DNA of 53,636 bases from an uncultured bacterium (GTDB lineage Bacteria; Gemmatimonadota; Gemmatimonadetes; Palauibacterales; Palauibacteraceae), in assembly GCA_965364445.1 (NCBI GenBank), contig CBDTXM010000002.1:1-53636 (forward strand), in the 5' to 3' direction. A program made the translations under genes and the position numbers. The first letter of the stretch is position 1, and the number at the start of each line of letters is the position of its first letter. Shown one piece after another: positions 8,672 through 18,414 of this stretch. Under the pieces are notes generated by a model that was not told the DNA's origin, made no database searches, and saw nothing but the letters and a program-made list of their open reading frames with translations.

Positions 8672-9772
8672 ATGGTGAATGCAACTTCGCAGGGGCTCGT
8701 CTCCCGGACGGTCCTGTGGATCCGCCGGCGGGCCCTGGTCGCCCTTCTTCCCGCAGCTCTTGGCGCCTGCGCATCGAGCTCCTCGGGCGATCCGGGACTG
8801 CCGTCGCCCGTGGCCGTACCGGGGTCCGTGGCGGCCGACTCGGTCGGGGAACCCTTCGAGCCGGACGCCGACGCCGCACTGCGAGACGCGGACGATCTGC
8901 GTGCCATGGCTGCGGCGGCAAGGGCAGCAGAGGCCGAACGCCCCCGGTCGATTCTGCCATTCGGTGTGACCTGGGCGCCCGCCGCCCGGGAAGGTTCGGC
9001 GTTCGGCATCCGGGTGCTCGAGAGACCGTCCGGTCGCAAGCCCACATCGATTTCGGGAGAATTTGCAGGCCTTCCCGTTCGTTTCGGGAGACTGGACGGA
9101 CACTGGTTCGGACTCGCTGCCGTCCCGATCGACACCGAGGGACGGCCCGAGCTTCGGCTGCGGTTCGAGTTCGACGACGGCTCCGCCCACGAGCAGACGG
9201 TGCCGATCTCCGTCGCCTCGCGGACATTCCAGAAGTCCCAGCTCACGGTAGCACCGAAGTATTCCTCGCCCTCGGCCGAGGCGATGAATCGGATCCAGGA
9301 GGAGCGGGCGTTGGTTCGATCCGTTCTGGACACCGCGAGTGCCGAGTGGCTGATCGACACCTCGTTCCGTGCACCCAGGCCCCTGGACGTGACCAGCCCG
9401 TACGGAGTGGAACGGGTGTTCAATGGGGAGCTTCGAAGCCGTCACACCGGGCTCGATCTGAGGGGTGCGACCGGTGCGCCGGTCCGCGCTGCAGCCCGCG
9501 GAAGGGTCATGATCGCCCGCGATCTCTACTTCTCGGGCAACGGTGTGTACCTCGATCACGGCCGGGGTGTGTACACGGGGTATTTTCACCTGTCCCGAAT
9601 CCTGGTGGAGGAGGGGGAACTGGTCGAAGCCGGCCAGTTGGTGGGCGAAGTCGGGGCGACGGGTCGGGTGACGGGACCACACCTTCACTGGTCGCTCTGG
9701 GTCGGGGGAACGAGCCTGGACGCGGGCAGCCTGCTCGAGATGTCGGTCCCGGTCGCCGGCGAGACTCCCTGA
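8672..9772 (+). CDS. M23 (LytM) family metallopeptidase lipoprotein
   Basis: The ORF-track entry 8378..9772 was trimmed to the ATG at 8672 (MVNATSQGLVSRTVLWIRRRALVALLPAALGAC, lipobox). M23 motifs are HTGLDL and TGPHLHWSL. Confidence 0.85.
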   Translation: MVNATSQGLVSRTVLWIRRRALVALLPAALGACASSSSGDPGLPSPVAVPGSVAADSVGEPFEPDADAALRDADDLRAMAAAARAAEAERPRSILPFGVTWAPAAREGSAFGIRVLERPSGRKPTSISGEFAGLPVRFGRLDGHWFGLAAVPIDTEGRPELRLRFEFDDGSAHEQTVPISVASRTFQKSQLTVAPKYSSPSAEAMNRIQEERALVRSVLDTASAEWLIDTSFRAPRPLDVTSPYGVERVFNGELRSRHTGLDLRGATGAPVRAAARGRVMIARDLYFSGNGVYLDHGRGVYTGYFHLSRILVEEGELVEAGQLVGEVGATGRVTGPHLHWSLWVGGTSLDAGSLLEMSVPVAGETP

Positions 9773-9850
9773 TTCAAGAGGCTCCCGCTTGCCCCTCCCG
9801 GTGGTGCCGGTCACTTTCCCGTTCCGAATTCACCTACACGGCGAAGCACT

Positions 9851-11494
9851 ATGATCAGGATCGCACTCGTACTCGGTGGCGGCGTCTCTCTCGGCTCCTA
9901 CATAGGCGGCGCCGTAACCGAAATCCTGGAGGCCCTGGCTCGAAACGAGTCGGGCCGGCCCGTCAGGATCCACGTCATCACGGGCGGCTCCGCCGGCGCG
10001 CTCAATGCGGGGCTCGCCGCCCGGGCGCTCGCGGTGAATCCGGCTGTCGTTCCCTGGATCGAGAAAGCGTGGGTCGAAGCGGCGGATGCGCGACACCTGC
10101 TGAACCCGGGTCGAAGCAACCGGCTGGGAGCGCTGGACGCGACGGTGATGGATGATCTTTCGCGCGCCCTGATCACGGCGGAGCCGGCATCCGACGATGC
10201 CGTTTCGGCCTCGCTCGGGACTCCGCTTCGCGTCGGCATCACGCTGTCGAACCTGCATGGCGTTCGATACGACTTCCGCTACGGTTTCCTGAACGTGCCG
10301 GACCGTGCCTACGGCACGCGAACGTACTCCGACTCGATCGAGTTCGAACTGCCAGCGGGCATCGGCCCCAAGCACGAGAGCTGGGAGCGGCTTCGCGCCG
10401 CCGCCGTCGCCTCGGCGGCGTTTCCCTTCGCCTTTCCGCCGCGGCAGCTGGAACGGACCCGTGCAGAGTACCCGGGCGCCCGACTGGCCGGCGGCGTGGA
10501 CCCACTTCCGATGTGGTACGTGGACGGCGGACTCTTCGACGCGGCACCCCTCGGGCTTGCCAAGGACCTGGTCGAAAGGGATGCGGATTACCGGTCGCAG
10601 GACTGGCGGTTCATCGTCGTCGAGCCTTCCCTGCGAAGCACGGGCACGGAGCACGGATCCCCGTCGGGCGCTCCCGACTCGGTCTCCTCGCTCGCGCAGC
10701 ACCTCGCCGGTGCCGTGCTCGGGCAGGGTGCCGCCCAGGACTGGATTCGGGCCAACGAGCTCAACGCCCGACTGGAGATTCTCGAGGCGCTGCTCAAGCG
10801 TCTTCCGGAGATGGACGATCGTATCACGGATCCCGACGAGCTGATGCTGGGTCGCTACATCGGCGAGCTCGCCGAGCGGGTGGCCGAGATGAAGGTCACG
10901 GCGGATCCGACGGGCCGGCTGGTTCAGGGTCCGGATCCAGCCGGTGACTTCCTGGATCGGAACATGGATCGGATCGAGTCTGATCCGAGATACGCCGAGG
11001 TGCTCGCTTCAGCGGACGCGCGGGCGGGTCGTTCGCGTCTCGCCAAGCTGATCTTCGTACTCGAGGCGGCGAGCGGGCTTCAGGACAAGGACATCATGCG
11101 CCTCTACCTGGTCGCTCCCGAGTCCGACCGGGAGCTGGCCGGCGACTACCTCGGTGGATTCGGCGGATTCCTGCATCGAGACTGGCGGGCGCATGATTTC
11201 GCGGCCGGCAGACGCGACGCGCGTCGGATGGTAGAGACGGGCCTGTCGGACGTCGTTCGTTACCGGCCGGCCGAGCCCGCCGTCTACGATGTCTCAGAGG
11301 TCTCGCCCGCGTGGAGTCAGGTTCCGGCCGAGAGCCGGAGGCAAGTCGAGGCGGCGGTCGCGGCCGAAGCCGATCGGCTGATCGCGGAATTCGAGCCCGG
11401 TGCGGTCGCGTCGGCGCTCGGCTGGGCGTGGAAGCCGGTGGTGCGCCGGTGGATCACGGCGCGGGGGATGCGGGCCATCTCCGAAGCCCGCTGA
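9851..11494 (+). CDS. Patatin-like phospholipase with long C-terminal helical domain (DUF3376-like)
   Basis: Oxyanion motif VLGGGVSLGSY, nucleophile elbow GGSAG and catalytic Asp in YVDGGL. The C-terminus FGGFLHRDWRAHDFAAGRRDA resembles the patatin-associated DUF3376 region. Confidence 0.9.
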   Translation: MIRIALVLGGGVSLGSYIGGAVTEILEALARNESGRPVRIHVITGGSAGALNAGLAARALAVNPAVVPWIEKAWVEAADARHLLNPGRSNRLGALDATVMDDLSRALITAEPASDDAVSASLGTPLRVGITLSNLHGVRYDFRYGFLNVPDRAYGTRTYSDSIEFELPAGIGPKHESWERLRAAAVASAAFPFAFPPRQLERTRAEYPGARLAGGVDPLPMWYVDGGLFDAAPLGLAKDLVERDADYRSQDWRFIVVEPSLRSTGTEHGSPSGAPDSVSSLAQHLAGAVLGQGAAQDWIRANELNARLEILEALLKRLPEMDDRITDPDELMLGRYIGELAERVAEMKVTADPTGRLVQGPDPAGDFLDRNMDRIESDPRYAEVLASADARAGRSRLAKLIFVLEAASGLQDKDIMRLYLVAPESDRELAGDYLGGFGGFLHRDWRAHDFAAGRRDARRMVETGLSDVVRYRPAEPAVYDVSEVSPAWSQVPAESRRQVEAAVAAEADRLIAEFEPGAVASALGWAWKPVVRRWITARGMRAISEAR

Positions 11495-11548
11495 GCGGAT
11501 CCGTGAATTCGGACGCCAGGAAGTTCTCCCGGCGCCCGGCCCTCAGGT

Positions 11549-13552
11549 TCAGCTGCCGGGATCGAAACCGGCCAGCTTCCCGGCGAACGCCGACGCCAGC
11601 ACCGTGAAGGGGCTTGCGAGGTAGACCTTACCGGGACCGCTTCGACCCGGGAAGTTCCGGTTGATCGAACTCACGGTCACCTGGTCCGGCGATCCGCTCA
11701 CGCCCGGTCCCGCGTTGATGCAGGCCCCGCAACCCGGAGCCAGAACGCGGATTCCCGATTCCACGAACCGGTCGTGCCATCCCTGCTCGTGCGCATACTT
11801 CTCCACATCCAGGGAGCCGTACTGCAGGTAGGCCTCCACGTGGTCCGCCACCCGGCGGCCCTCGGCAAGCGCGGAATCGACCACGCGTACCGCCATCTCC
11901 ACGTCATCCCGTTTCGCGCCGGTGCACGAGCCGGCATAGACGATGTCGACCGGAACATCGCCGACCTCGCTCACGCTGACGCCATTTCCCGGATCCCCGG
12001 GCGTAGCCACCATAGGAGCGATCGATGAGGCGTCGATCGTCATCGTCCACTCGTACTCGGCACCCGGATCACTCTCCAGGCCGTTCACGAGTCCCCTCGC
12101 CTCCGCGGGGTCCATCCCGCGGCGCTCGACGAGGAAGTCCACCGTCTTACCGTCCGGCGCTACGATGCCCGTGAACCCGCCGACCTCGGCCGCCATGTTC
12201 GTCATTGTGGCCCGTTCGTCCACGCTCAGCGCCCGTACGGCTTCTCCGCCGTACTCGAGGATCTTCCCGATCGCCTCTCCGTCCCGAACGTAAGGGTGCC
12301 GGAGAATCTCCAGCATCAGGTCCTTCGCGGTCACGCCCGGTGCAAGCCGACCGGTGACCTCGACGCGTACCGACGCCGGCACCCGGAGGCGAACGTCACG
12401 GGTAGTCCAGCTGTTGACGATCGCGGTCGTCCCCACACCGAAGGCGACGCACCCGATCGCACCTGAATGCGGCGTGTGAGAGTCACTGCCGACGATCACC
12501 TGCCCGGGGAGTGCGTACTCGTCCAGCATCTTCACGTGACAGATCGCCTCGCTGCCCACCCGGTCCGGGAGCTCACCGTGCAGGCGGACTCCCTGCTGGG
12601 CCGCAAACTCCCGCTGACGGTCATGCAGACCGTGCGCTGCGTCCAGCAGACCGAGCTTGATCTTCTCCTCGCTGATGACCTGGTCGAGGAACGCGAGGTG
12701 GTCGCGGAAGAAGAGGACGCTGTCCCGGTCCGCGATCGGCGCACCTTCGCCCGCGAACTCCTCCCAGAAGGTCGAGGCCATCGGGGTCACGTACTCGTGG
12801 CTGAACCGCAGGTCGCAGCGGACGAATCCCGCGTCGCCGGGCTTCACGGCGGGTACGCCCACTTCGTCGCCAGCCAGGTCCACGACCCAGTGACGAGCCA
12901 GAATCTTCTCGGCGACGGTCATCGGTCGCTGCTCATCGGTGATGACGGCCGGTACCTGAACGAGTCCCTTCAGCCGGGCAACCGCGTAGTCGAGCAGCCC
13001 CCCGTACTCGATGATGTCGCGCTGTATCTGTCCGGCTTCTCCGATGAACGTCTCGAGCGGGATCTCCTCGCCGCTCCGAATCCGGTCGATGACCGAGAAG
13101 TCCGTCGTCGTCAGGATTCCGAGGTTCTCGCAATTCTCGCGATAGATCCGCTCGATGTTCTCCGCGATCACCACGCGAATCCCTGCCGCCCTTTCGGCAT
13201 ACGGAGAGGCCTCCCGGCTCGAGCCCTTCCCCCGGCGCTTGCCGGAGACGGCCGCCACGAATCCTCCGCCGATGACATCGCCCTTGCCGATCGGTTGCTC
13301 GCCCTCGCAGCGCAGGCCGACGTAGGGGTACTGCCCCAGAGTCTCGTCGTAGTAGTAGCAGACCCAGGCCGGGGTGATCTCGTCTGTGGAGATGTTGTCG
13401 CGCAGGGGGATCGAGGGATCCCACTCCAGGTCCTCGCCTGCAAGCTGGCGGCGGATCAGCTCGGGATCCTCGGTCAGAAAGAGGATCCGTCCGGAGAGGC
13501 GAACCGTAGATGGCCGCTTCTTCACTTCGCGGGCGAGCAATGTGTCGAGCAT
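11549..13552 (-). CDS. Aconitase-family Fe-S hydro-lyase, fused and permuted (LeuD-like swivel domain N-terminal to LeuC-like catalytic domains)
   Basis: Start moved to the ATG at 13552 (MLDTLLAREV), preceded by GGAGA 8 nt upstream. N-terminal NISTDEITPA ... VVIAENIERIYRENCENLGIL matches the small-subunit type. It is followed by VGSDSHTPHSGAIGCVAFGVGTT, YAGSCTGAK and PGCGACINAG (three cluster cysteines). Confidence 0.85.
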   Translation of the reverse strand: MLDTLLAREVKKRPSTVRLSGRILFLTEDPELIRRQLAGEDLEWDPSIPLRDNISTDEITPAWVCYYYDETLGQYPYVGLRCEGEQPIGKGDVIGGGFVAAVSGKRRGKGSSREASPYAERAAGIRVVIAENIERIYRENCENLGILTTTDFSVIDRIRSGEEIPLETFIGEAGQIQRDIIEYGGLLDYAVARLKGLVQVPAVITDEQRPMTVAEKILARHWVVDLAGDEVGVPAVKPGDAGFVRCDLRFSHEYVTPMASTFWEEFAGEGAPIADRDSVLFFRDHLAFLDQVISEEKIKLGLLDAAHGLHDRQREFAAQQGVRLHGELPDRVGSEAICHVKMLDEYALPGQVIVGSDSHTPHSGAIGCVAFGVGTTAIVNSWTTRDVRLRVPASVRVEVTGRLAPGVTAKDLMLEILRHPYVRDGEAIGKILEYGGEAVRALSVDERATMTNMAAEVGGFTGIVAPDGKTVDFLVERRGMDPAEARGLVNGLESDPGAEYEWTMTIDASSIAPMVATPGDPGNGVSVSEVGDVPVDIVYAGSCTGAKRDDVEMAVRVVDSALAEGRRVADHVEAYLQYGSLDVEKYAHEQGWHDRFVESGIRVLAPGCGACINAGPGVSGSPDQVTVSSINRNFPGRSGPGKVYLASPFTVLASAFAGKLAGFDPGS

Positions 13553-13741
13553 AGAACGTCTCCGTTGACGGAACCTCCCGGGCCAGCCCGGGGCGCGATC
13601 CCGGCGGTCCCATCCGCGCGTGGCGGTCCCGCCGGAAGGGCGCACAATCTATGAACGCCGGCGATTGCCTGCGAGTCGATCTCGCGCCCGATCCGCCGAC
13701 CGACCATCTTCGAGCCGGCGATCCGGAGTTCCTCTGGGGGG

Positions 13742-14755
13742 GTGACTTTGCATTCCAGCACTCGGGATGAGCATGGACAATCGAACCCGCGCGCGGTTCC
13801 CGTGTCTCTCTTCAGGGATCCGGCGCGCAGGTGCTGGCAGATCACCGGCGACCGAGCGATCGATGCCCTGAACGGGCTGCTCACGAACGATCTTCGGACG
13901 CCGGAATCCGGGTCCGTGATCCCCTGTCTCGCGCTGACGCCGAAGGGGCGTCCTCTCGCCGATCTCCAGGTCTGGAAGCGGAGCCCCGCGTCCGGGCCGT
14001 TGCTGCTGGATATCGCGGCCGCGGGAGAGGAGGCGCTCCGGGAACACCTCGGTCGATACCTGCCGCCTCGCTTCGCGAAGGTCGAATCGCTGGAGGATGC
14101 CGCGTTGCTGAGAGTACTCGGGCCCGCCGCTCCGGCGGTCCTGGCCGCGGTTCTGGGTTCGGAGTCGCCGCTCCCGTCCGCCGAGCGCGTCGCGGAATTC
14201 CCATTCGAATCCGGGATCGTTTTCGTCGCGGGCCGAGTGGAGAGTGAGGGCGGCGGGTGGGATGTTCTCGCACTTCACGACGCCGATCGACTCGAATCGG
14301 CACTGACCGCGGCCGCGGAGGCCGAAGGCGGCCGTTCGATTTCCCCTGAGACCTGGGAGGTGATGCGGATCGAACTTGGCATCCCTCGCTACGGCGTCGA
14401 TTTCGGGATGGAGAATCTTCCCCAGGAAACGGGACTGACCGAGCGAATGGTCAGTTTCGAAAAAGGCTGTTACACCGGCCAGGAAGTGGTCGCCCGCATC
14501 CACTACCGGGGCCACGTGAACCGACGCCTCGTGGGCCTGGCTCGTGACGGCGAGACCCCGATCGCGATCGGCACGGAGCTCTTCGAGGATGACCGCCGGG
14601 TGGGCGGTGTGTCCAGCTCGGCCACGTCGCCGGATTACGGCTCCATCGCCCTCGGAATGGTGCGCCGCGAAGTCGAGCCGGGAGCCAGGCTGGCGACGTC
14701 AGCCGGGGGCACCCGGACGATCGAGGTGCGCACCCTTCCCTTTACGCATACGTAA
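13742..14755 (+). CDS. ygfZ: YgfZ/GcvT-like folate-binding protein (COG0354)
   Basis: Contains the family signature KGCYTGQE and a GcvT-like N-terminal region. The start codon (GTG 13742) is uncertain. Confidence 0.8.
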   Translation: MTLHSSTRDEHGQSNPRAVPVSLFRDPARRCWQITGDRAIDALNGLLTNDLRTPESGSVIPCLALTPKGRPLADLQVWKRSPASGPLLLDIAAAGEEALREHLGRYLPPRFAKVESLEDAALLRVLGPAAPAVLAAVLGSESPLPSAERVAEFPFESGIVFVAGRVESEGGGWDVLALHDADRLESALTAAAEAEGGRSISPETWEVMRIELGIPRYGVDFGMENLPQETGLTERMVSFEKGCYTGQEVVARIHYRGHVNRRLVGLARDGETPIAIGTELFEDDRRVGGVSSSATSPDYGSIALGMVRREVEPGARLATSAGGTRTIEVRTLPFTHT

Positions 14756-14867
14756 AGCGTCTCCGGGCTCGATTGTCATTTGCCGGCAGGTCCCATAGTT
14801 TCGCGCTTCGGTCGAGAAACTGTCCCACGAACACGGCCCGGTCCCGGCCGCGTGCACTCGAGAGGTT

Positions 14868-15899
14868 GTGAGCCTGAGTTCGCTCGGTCGTGAAGACATG
14901 CGTGCCCTCTACCGCTTCCTCGTCCTCACGCGGATGCTCGAGGAGCGGCTGGAGACCCTGTTCAAACAGGGACACATCGTCGGCGGTCTGTACCGTTCGC
15001 TCGGCCAGGAGGCGACGGCCGTGGGCAGTGCCTACGCGTTGCAGGAGGGAGATTGGCTCGCTCCCTCGATCCGCGATGCGGGCGCACTCTACGTGCGGGG
15101 TCTGCCGCCGATCGCGATGCTCCGCCAGTACACGGCGCGCGAGGCCTCCCCCTGCGCCGGGAAGGACAATACGAACCACTTCACGATTCCGGAGTTGGGC
15201 CTGCTCGGGCCGATCAGCCCTCTGGGCACCCAGCTCTGCGTGCTCAACGGCGTGTCCCTGACCTTCCGACAGCGGGGTGAACCGCGTGTCTGCATGACCT
15301 ACCAGGGCGAGGGGGCCTCCCGGACAGGCACGTCCCACGAGGGCTTCGCGATGGCAGCCGCACTGGACTTGCCCATCGTGATCGTTCTGGAGCACAACCG
15401 GTGGTCGTTCGGAACGCCCAGCTACCGGGCTTCGGCCGTCGAGGACTGGGCGGACACCGCGGGCGCGTACGGGCTTCCGGTTCGATCGGTCGATGGCAAC
15501 GACATCCTGGAGGTCTACGAAGCGGCGCGTGAGGCGGTCGATCGTGCCCGGTCCGGCGGGGGGCCCGGCGTGATCGTAGCCGAGACCTACCGGATGTCCG
15601 GGCACGCGCAGCATGACTCCCAGAAGTACATTCCGCCCGAAGAACTGGAGGAATGGAGGGCGCGAGACCCGATCCGCAGGTTCGAGAGCGTGCTGGAGCA
15701 GGACGGTTGGCTCTCGGAGGCCGGGCTCGCGGAGATACGCGACGACGTAGAGCAGGAGCTCACGCGAGCCGTGGACACCGTGCTCTCCGAACCGCATCCG
15801 CCGGCCGAATCGAGTCGAACGCGTGTATACGCGGACCCAGAGCAGGATCCGCCCGAGCCGTGGACGCGAATCCTGGCCACCGAATCCGAGGCACGATGA
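14868..15899 (+). CDS. 2-oxoacid dehydrogenase E1 component, alpha subunit (TPP-dependent)
   Basis: 343 aa. Segments LGQEA...APSIRD, YQGEGASRTG and YRMSGHAQHD are typical of heterotetrameric E1 alpha. The alternative ATG at 14898 is also possible. Confidence 0.9.
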   Translation: MSLSSLGREDMRALYRFLVLTRMLEERLETLFKQGHIVGGLYRSLGQEATAVGSAYALQEGDWLAPSIRDAGALYVRGLPPIAMLRQYTAREASPCAGKDNTNHFTIPELGLLGPISPLGTQLCVLNGVSLTFRQRGEPRVCMTYQGEGASRTGTSHEGFAMAAALDLPIVIVLEHNRWSFGTPSYRASAVEDWADTAGAYGLPVRSVDGNDILEVYEAAREAVDRARSGGGPGVIVAETYRMSGHAQHDSQKYIPPEELEEWRARDPIRRFESVLEQDGWLSEAGLAEIRDDVEQELTRAVDTVLSEPHPPAESSRTRVYADPEQDPPEPWTRILATESEAR

Positions 15900-16876
15900 G
15901 CGAGACGACGTATCTCGAGGCGATCCGGGACGCGATGCGTGAAGAGATGCAGCGCGACGAATCGGTGTTCATTCTCGGCGAGGACATCGGCCTGTATGGG
16001 GGCGCATTCAAGATCACGGATGGGTTCCTGGAGGAATTCGGTCCGGACAGGGTGATCGACACTCCGATCAGCGAGGCCGCCATTGTGGGTGCGGCGATCG
16101 GCGCCGCCCACATGGGCATGCGTCCGATCGCCGAGATGCAGTTCATCGACTTCATCGCGCCGGCCTTCGACATGATCGTCAACTTCGCGGCCAAGTCCCG
16201 CTACCGGACGGGCATCGGCGCCGGAATCGTCATCCGCGGGCCGTGCGGAGGTGGGGCGCGCTCGGGTCCCTTCCACTCGCAGAACGTGGAGTCGTTCTTC
16301 GCGAACGTGCCGGGCCTGAAGATGGTGGCGCCCGCGACCGCGCGTGACGCCAAGGGTTTGCTGACAGCGGCGATTCGCGATCCGGACCCGGTCCTGTATT
16401 TCGAGCACAAATTCCTCTACCGGCGGATCAAGGAAGAGATCGAGCCCGGCGAGGAGATCGTGGTGCCACTGGGCGAAGCGCGCACACACCGACCGGGCAC
16501 GGATCTGACGATCGCGACCTACGGGGCCATGGTCTGGAAGGCCGGTGAAGCGGCAGATCGTGTGTCGTCGGAAGACGGTTCGGAGATCGAAATCATCGAT
16601 CTTCGCTCGATCCGACCGCTCGACATCGGCTCGATCGTGGAGAGCGTGCGCCGCACCGGTCGCCTGCTCGTGGTGCACGAGGCCCCCAGGTTCGGTGGAT
16701 TCGCCGGCGAGATCACGGCGCAGGTTTGCGAAGAGGCATTCGAGTGGCTCGACGCGCCGATCCGGCGGGTCACGGCCATGGATACGCCCGTGCCCTACGC
16801 GCCGACCCTGGAGGATCGTTACCTACCGCAGACCGAGGACATCGTCGCGGCCGCGAGATGGCTGCTCGCATACTGA
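15896..16876 (+). CDS. 2-oxoacid dehydrogenase E1 component, beta subunit
   Basis: Trimmed to MSETTYLEAIRDAMREEMQRDESVFILGEDIG. It has an ATGA start/stop overlap with the alpha subunit. Confidence 0.95.
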   Translation: MSETTYLEAIRDAMREEMQRDESVFILGEDIGLYGGAFKITDGFLEEFGPDRVIDTPISEAAIVGAAIGAAHMGMRPIAEMQFIDFIAPAFDMIVNFAAKSRYRTGIGAGIVIRGPCGGGARSGPFHSQNVESFFANVPGLKMVAPATARDAKGLLTAAIRDPDPVLYFEHKFLYRRIKEEIEPGEEIVVPLGEARTHRPGTDLTIATYGAMVWKAGEAADRVSSEDGSEIEIIDLRSIRPLDIGSIVESVRRTGRLLVVHEAPRFGGFAGEITAQVCEEAFEWLDAPIRRVTAMDTPVPYAPTLEDRYLPQTEDIVAAARWLLAY

Positions 16877-16894
16877 CCAGAAGGGAAGAGTGAG

Positions 16895-18355
16895 ATGGCA
16901 AAGGTCGACGTGATCATGCCCCAGATGGGTGAGTCCATCGCCGAGGGCACCCTGACGAAGTGGCTCAAGCAGGTCGGCGAGAGCATCGAACGCGACGAGG
17001 ACCTGTTCGAGATCTCGACGGACAAGGTGGACGCGGACATTCCTTCGCCTGCGAGCGGCACGCTGGTGGAGGTGCTCGTCGAGGAGGGAGCCACCGTCGA
17101 GGTGAACACGGTCGTGGCGAGGATCGAGACCGAGGCCGGCGCCGCTGACGCGGCGGTCGCGACGGAGGCGGCTCCCGCTGGCGCTGCCGAACAGGGCCAG
17201 ACGGAGACCGCGGCCGCCGAAGCACCGCAGGCCGAAGCCGGGCCTGCACCCGCTCCCGCTCCTGCGGCGACCGGTGGATCTGACGACGGCGCAGCCGCCC
17301 CCGCGCCGCCATCCGAGCCGGGCTCGAAGGAGGAGAGGCTGCGGACGCGGAGCACCCCGCTCGTGAGGAAGATCGCGGAAGAGCATGGGGTCGACATATC
17401 GGCCGTTCAGGGCACGGGGGTCTCAGGCCGGGTCACCCGTGACGACATCACCGCGTACATCGACGCCCGGGACAGGGGCGAGACACCCGCCGTGACCGCT
17501 CCAGCGCCTGGTGGCGCGGCCCCGACGACCGGCGGCGCGCCCGCAGGAGGGGCTCCCGCTCCCGCCCCGGCACAGCCCGGCCACATGCAGGTGCCCATTC
17601 ACGGCGCGACGCTCGACATTCGGATTCCCGCCGTACCGATTCGCGATGGGGACCGGGTCGAGGAGATGAACCGGGTCCGGCTCCGCACGATGGAGCACAT
17701 GCTGATGTCGAAGCGGATCTCGGCGCACGTCACCTCGGTCAACGAGATCGACTTCGAGCGCGTCGTGAACCTCCGCAGGACCCTCAAGGGCAAGTTCGCC
17801 GAGCAGGGCGTCAAGTTGACCTACGGTCCGTTCATCATGAAGGCGGTCACGGAGGCCCTGCAGGAGTATCCGATTCTCAACTCGTCCGTCGACGGCACGA
17901 GAATCGTCTACCACAACGATATCAACATCGGCATCGCCGTAGCGGTGAACGATGGCAAGGAACTCATCGTCCCGGTGCTCAAGAATGCCGATCGCCTTTC
18001 GCTGATGGGCCTGGCAGCTGGTGCGAACGAACTCGCCGAGAAGGCGCGCACGAAGACTCTGGATTTCGACGACATCCAGGGGGGAACCTTCACCATCACG
18101 AATGTGGGTGTGTTCGGGAACCTGTTCGGAACCCCGATCGTCAATCAGCCTCAGGTCGCCATCCTCGGCACGGGGGTCATCGAGAAGCGTCCCGTGGTCA
18201 TCCGGGATGCGATGGGCAACGACGCGCTCGGCATCCGGCACATGTCGTACTTCGGACTCAGCTACGATCATCGTGTCGTGGACGGAGCGATGGCCGCGTT
18301 CTTCCTCAACAAGGTGAAGGACGTCCTGGAGAATTTCCCGGAGGACGCCGTCTGA
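16895..18355 (+). CDS. 2-oxoacid dehydrogenase E2 component (dihydrolipoamide acyltransferase)
   Basis: Lipoyl domain (EISTDKVDADIPSP), Ala/Pro linkers, E3-binding domain (STPLVRKIAEEHGVDIS) and catalytic domain (SYDHRVVDGA). Confidence 0.95.
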   Translation: MAKVDVIMPQMGESIAEGTLTKWLKQVGESIERDEDLFEISTDKVDADIPSPASGTLVEVLVEEGATVEVNTVVARIETEAGAADAAVATEAAPAGAAEQGQTETAAAEAPQAEAGPAPAPAPAATGGSDDGAAAPAPPSEPGSKEERLRTRSTPLVRKIAEEHGVDISAVQGTGVSGRVTRDDITAYIDARDRGETPAVTAPAPGGAAPTTGGAPAGGAPAPAPAQPGHMQVPIHGATLDIRIPAVPIRDGDRVEEMNRVRLRTMEHMLMSKRISAHVTSVNEIDFERVVNLRRTLKGKFAEQGVKLTYGPFIMKAVTEALQEYPILNSSVDGTRIVYHNDINIGIAVAVNDGKELIVPVLKNADRLSLMGLAAGANELAEKARTKTLDFDDIQGGTFTITNVGVFGNLFGTPIVNQPQVAILGTGVIEKRPVVIRDAMGNDALGIRHMSYFGLSYDHRVVDGAMAAFFLNKVKDVLENFPEDAV

Positions 18356-18382
18356 CGGAAGAGCCCTCTCCTGCATTCCTGG

Positions 18383-18414
18383 AGACCCCGCGTCCCGACC
18401 GGATCGCGGGGTCT
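18383..18414 (+). terminator. Hairpin downstream of the E2 gene (possible terminator)
   Basis: AGACCCCGCG (18383-18392) pairs with CGCGGGGTCT (18405-18414) around a 12-nt loop. Only a poor T-tract follows. Confidence 0.4.

Noticed and set aside
7147-10155. 1002-aa ORF on the plus strand, the longest in the track
   Set aside because: It is extremely Arg/Gly/Pro-rich. It runs antisense through the Spt-like gene and out of frame through the M23 and patatin genes, all of which have clear family motifs. It is a typical high-GC shadow ORF.
12527-12542. CACGTG-centred sequence resembling a parS core (also near 14511)
   Set aside because: I count about five mismatches to the 16-bp parS consensus, and both sites lie inside coding sequence. 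They are chance occurrences of CACGTG.
14797-14821. Inverted repeat AGTTTC-N13-GAAACT (loop contains CTTCGG) between ygfZ and the E1 alpha gene
   Set aside because: The stem is imperfect and there is no U-tract. It could be a weak terminator or an operator, but I cannot support either from sequence alone.
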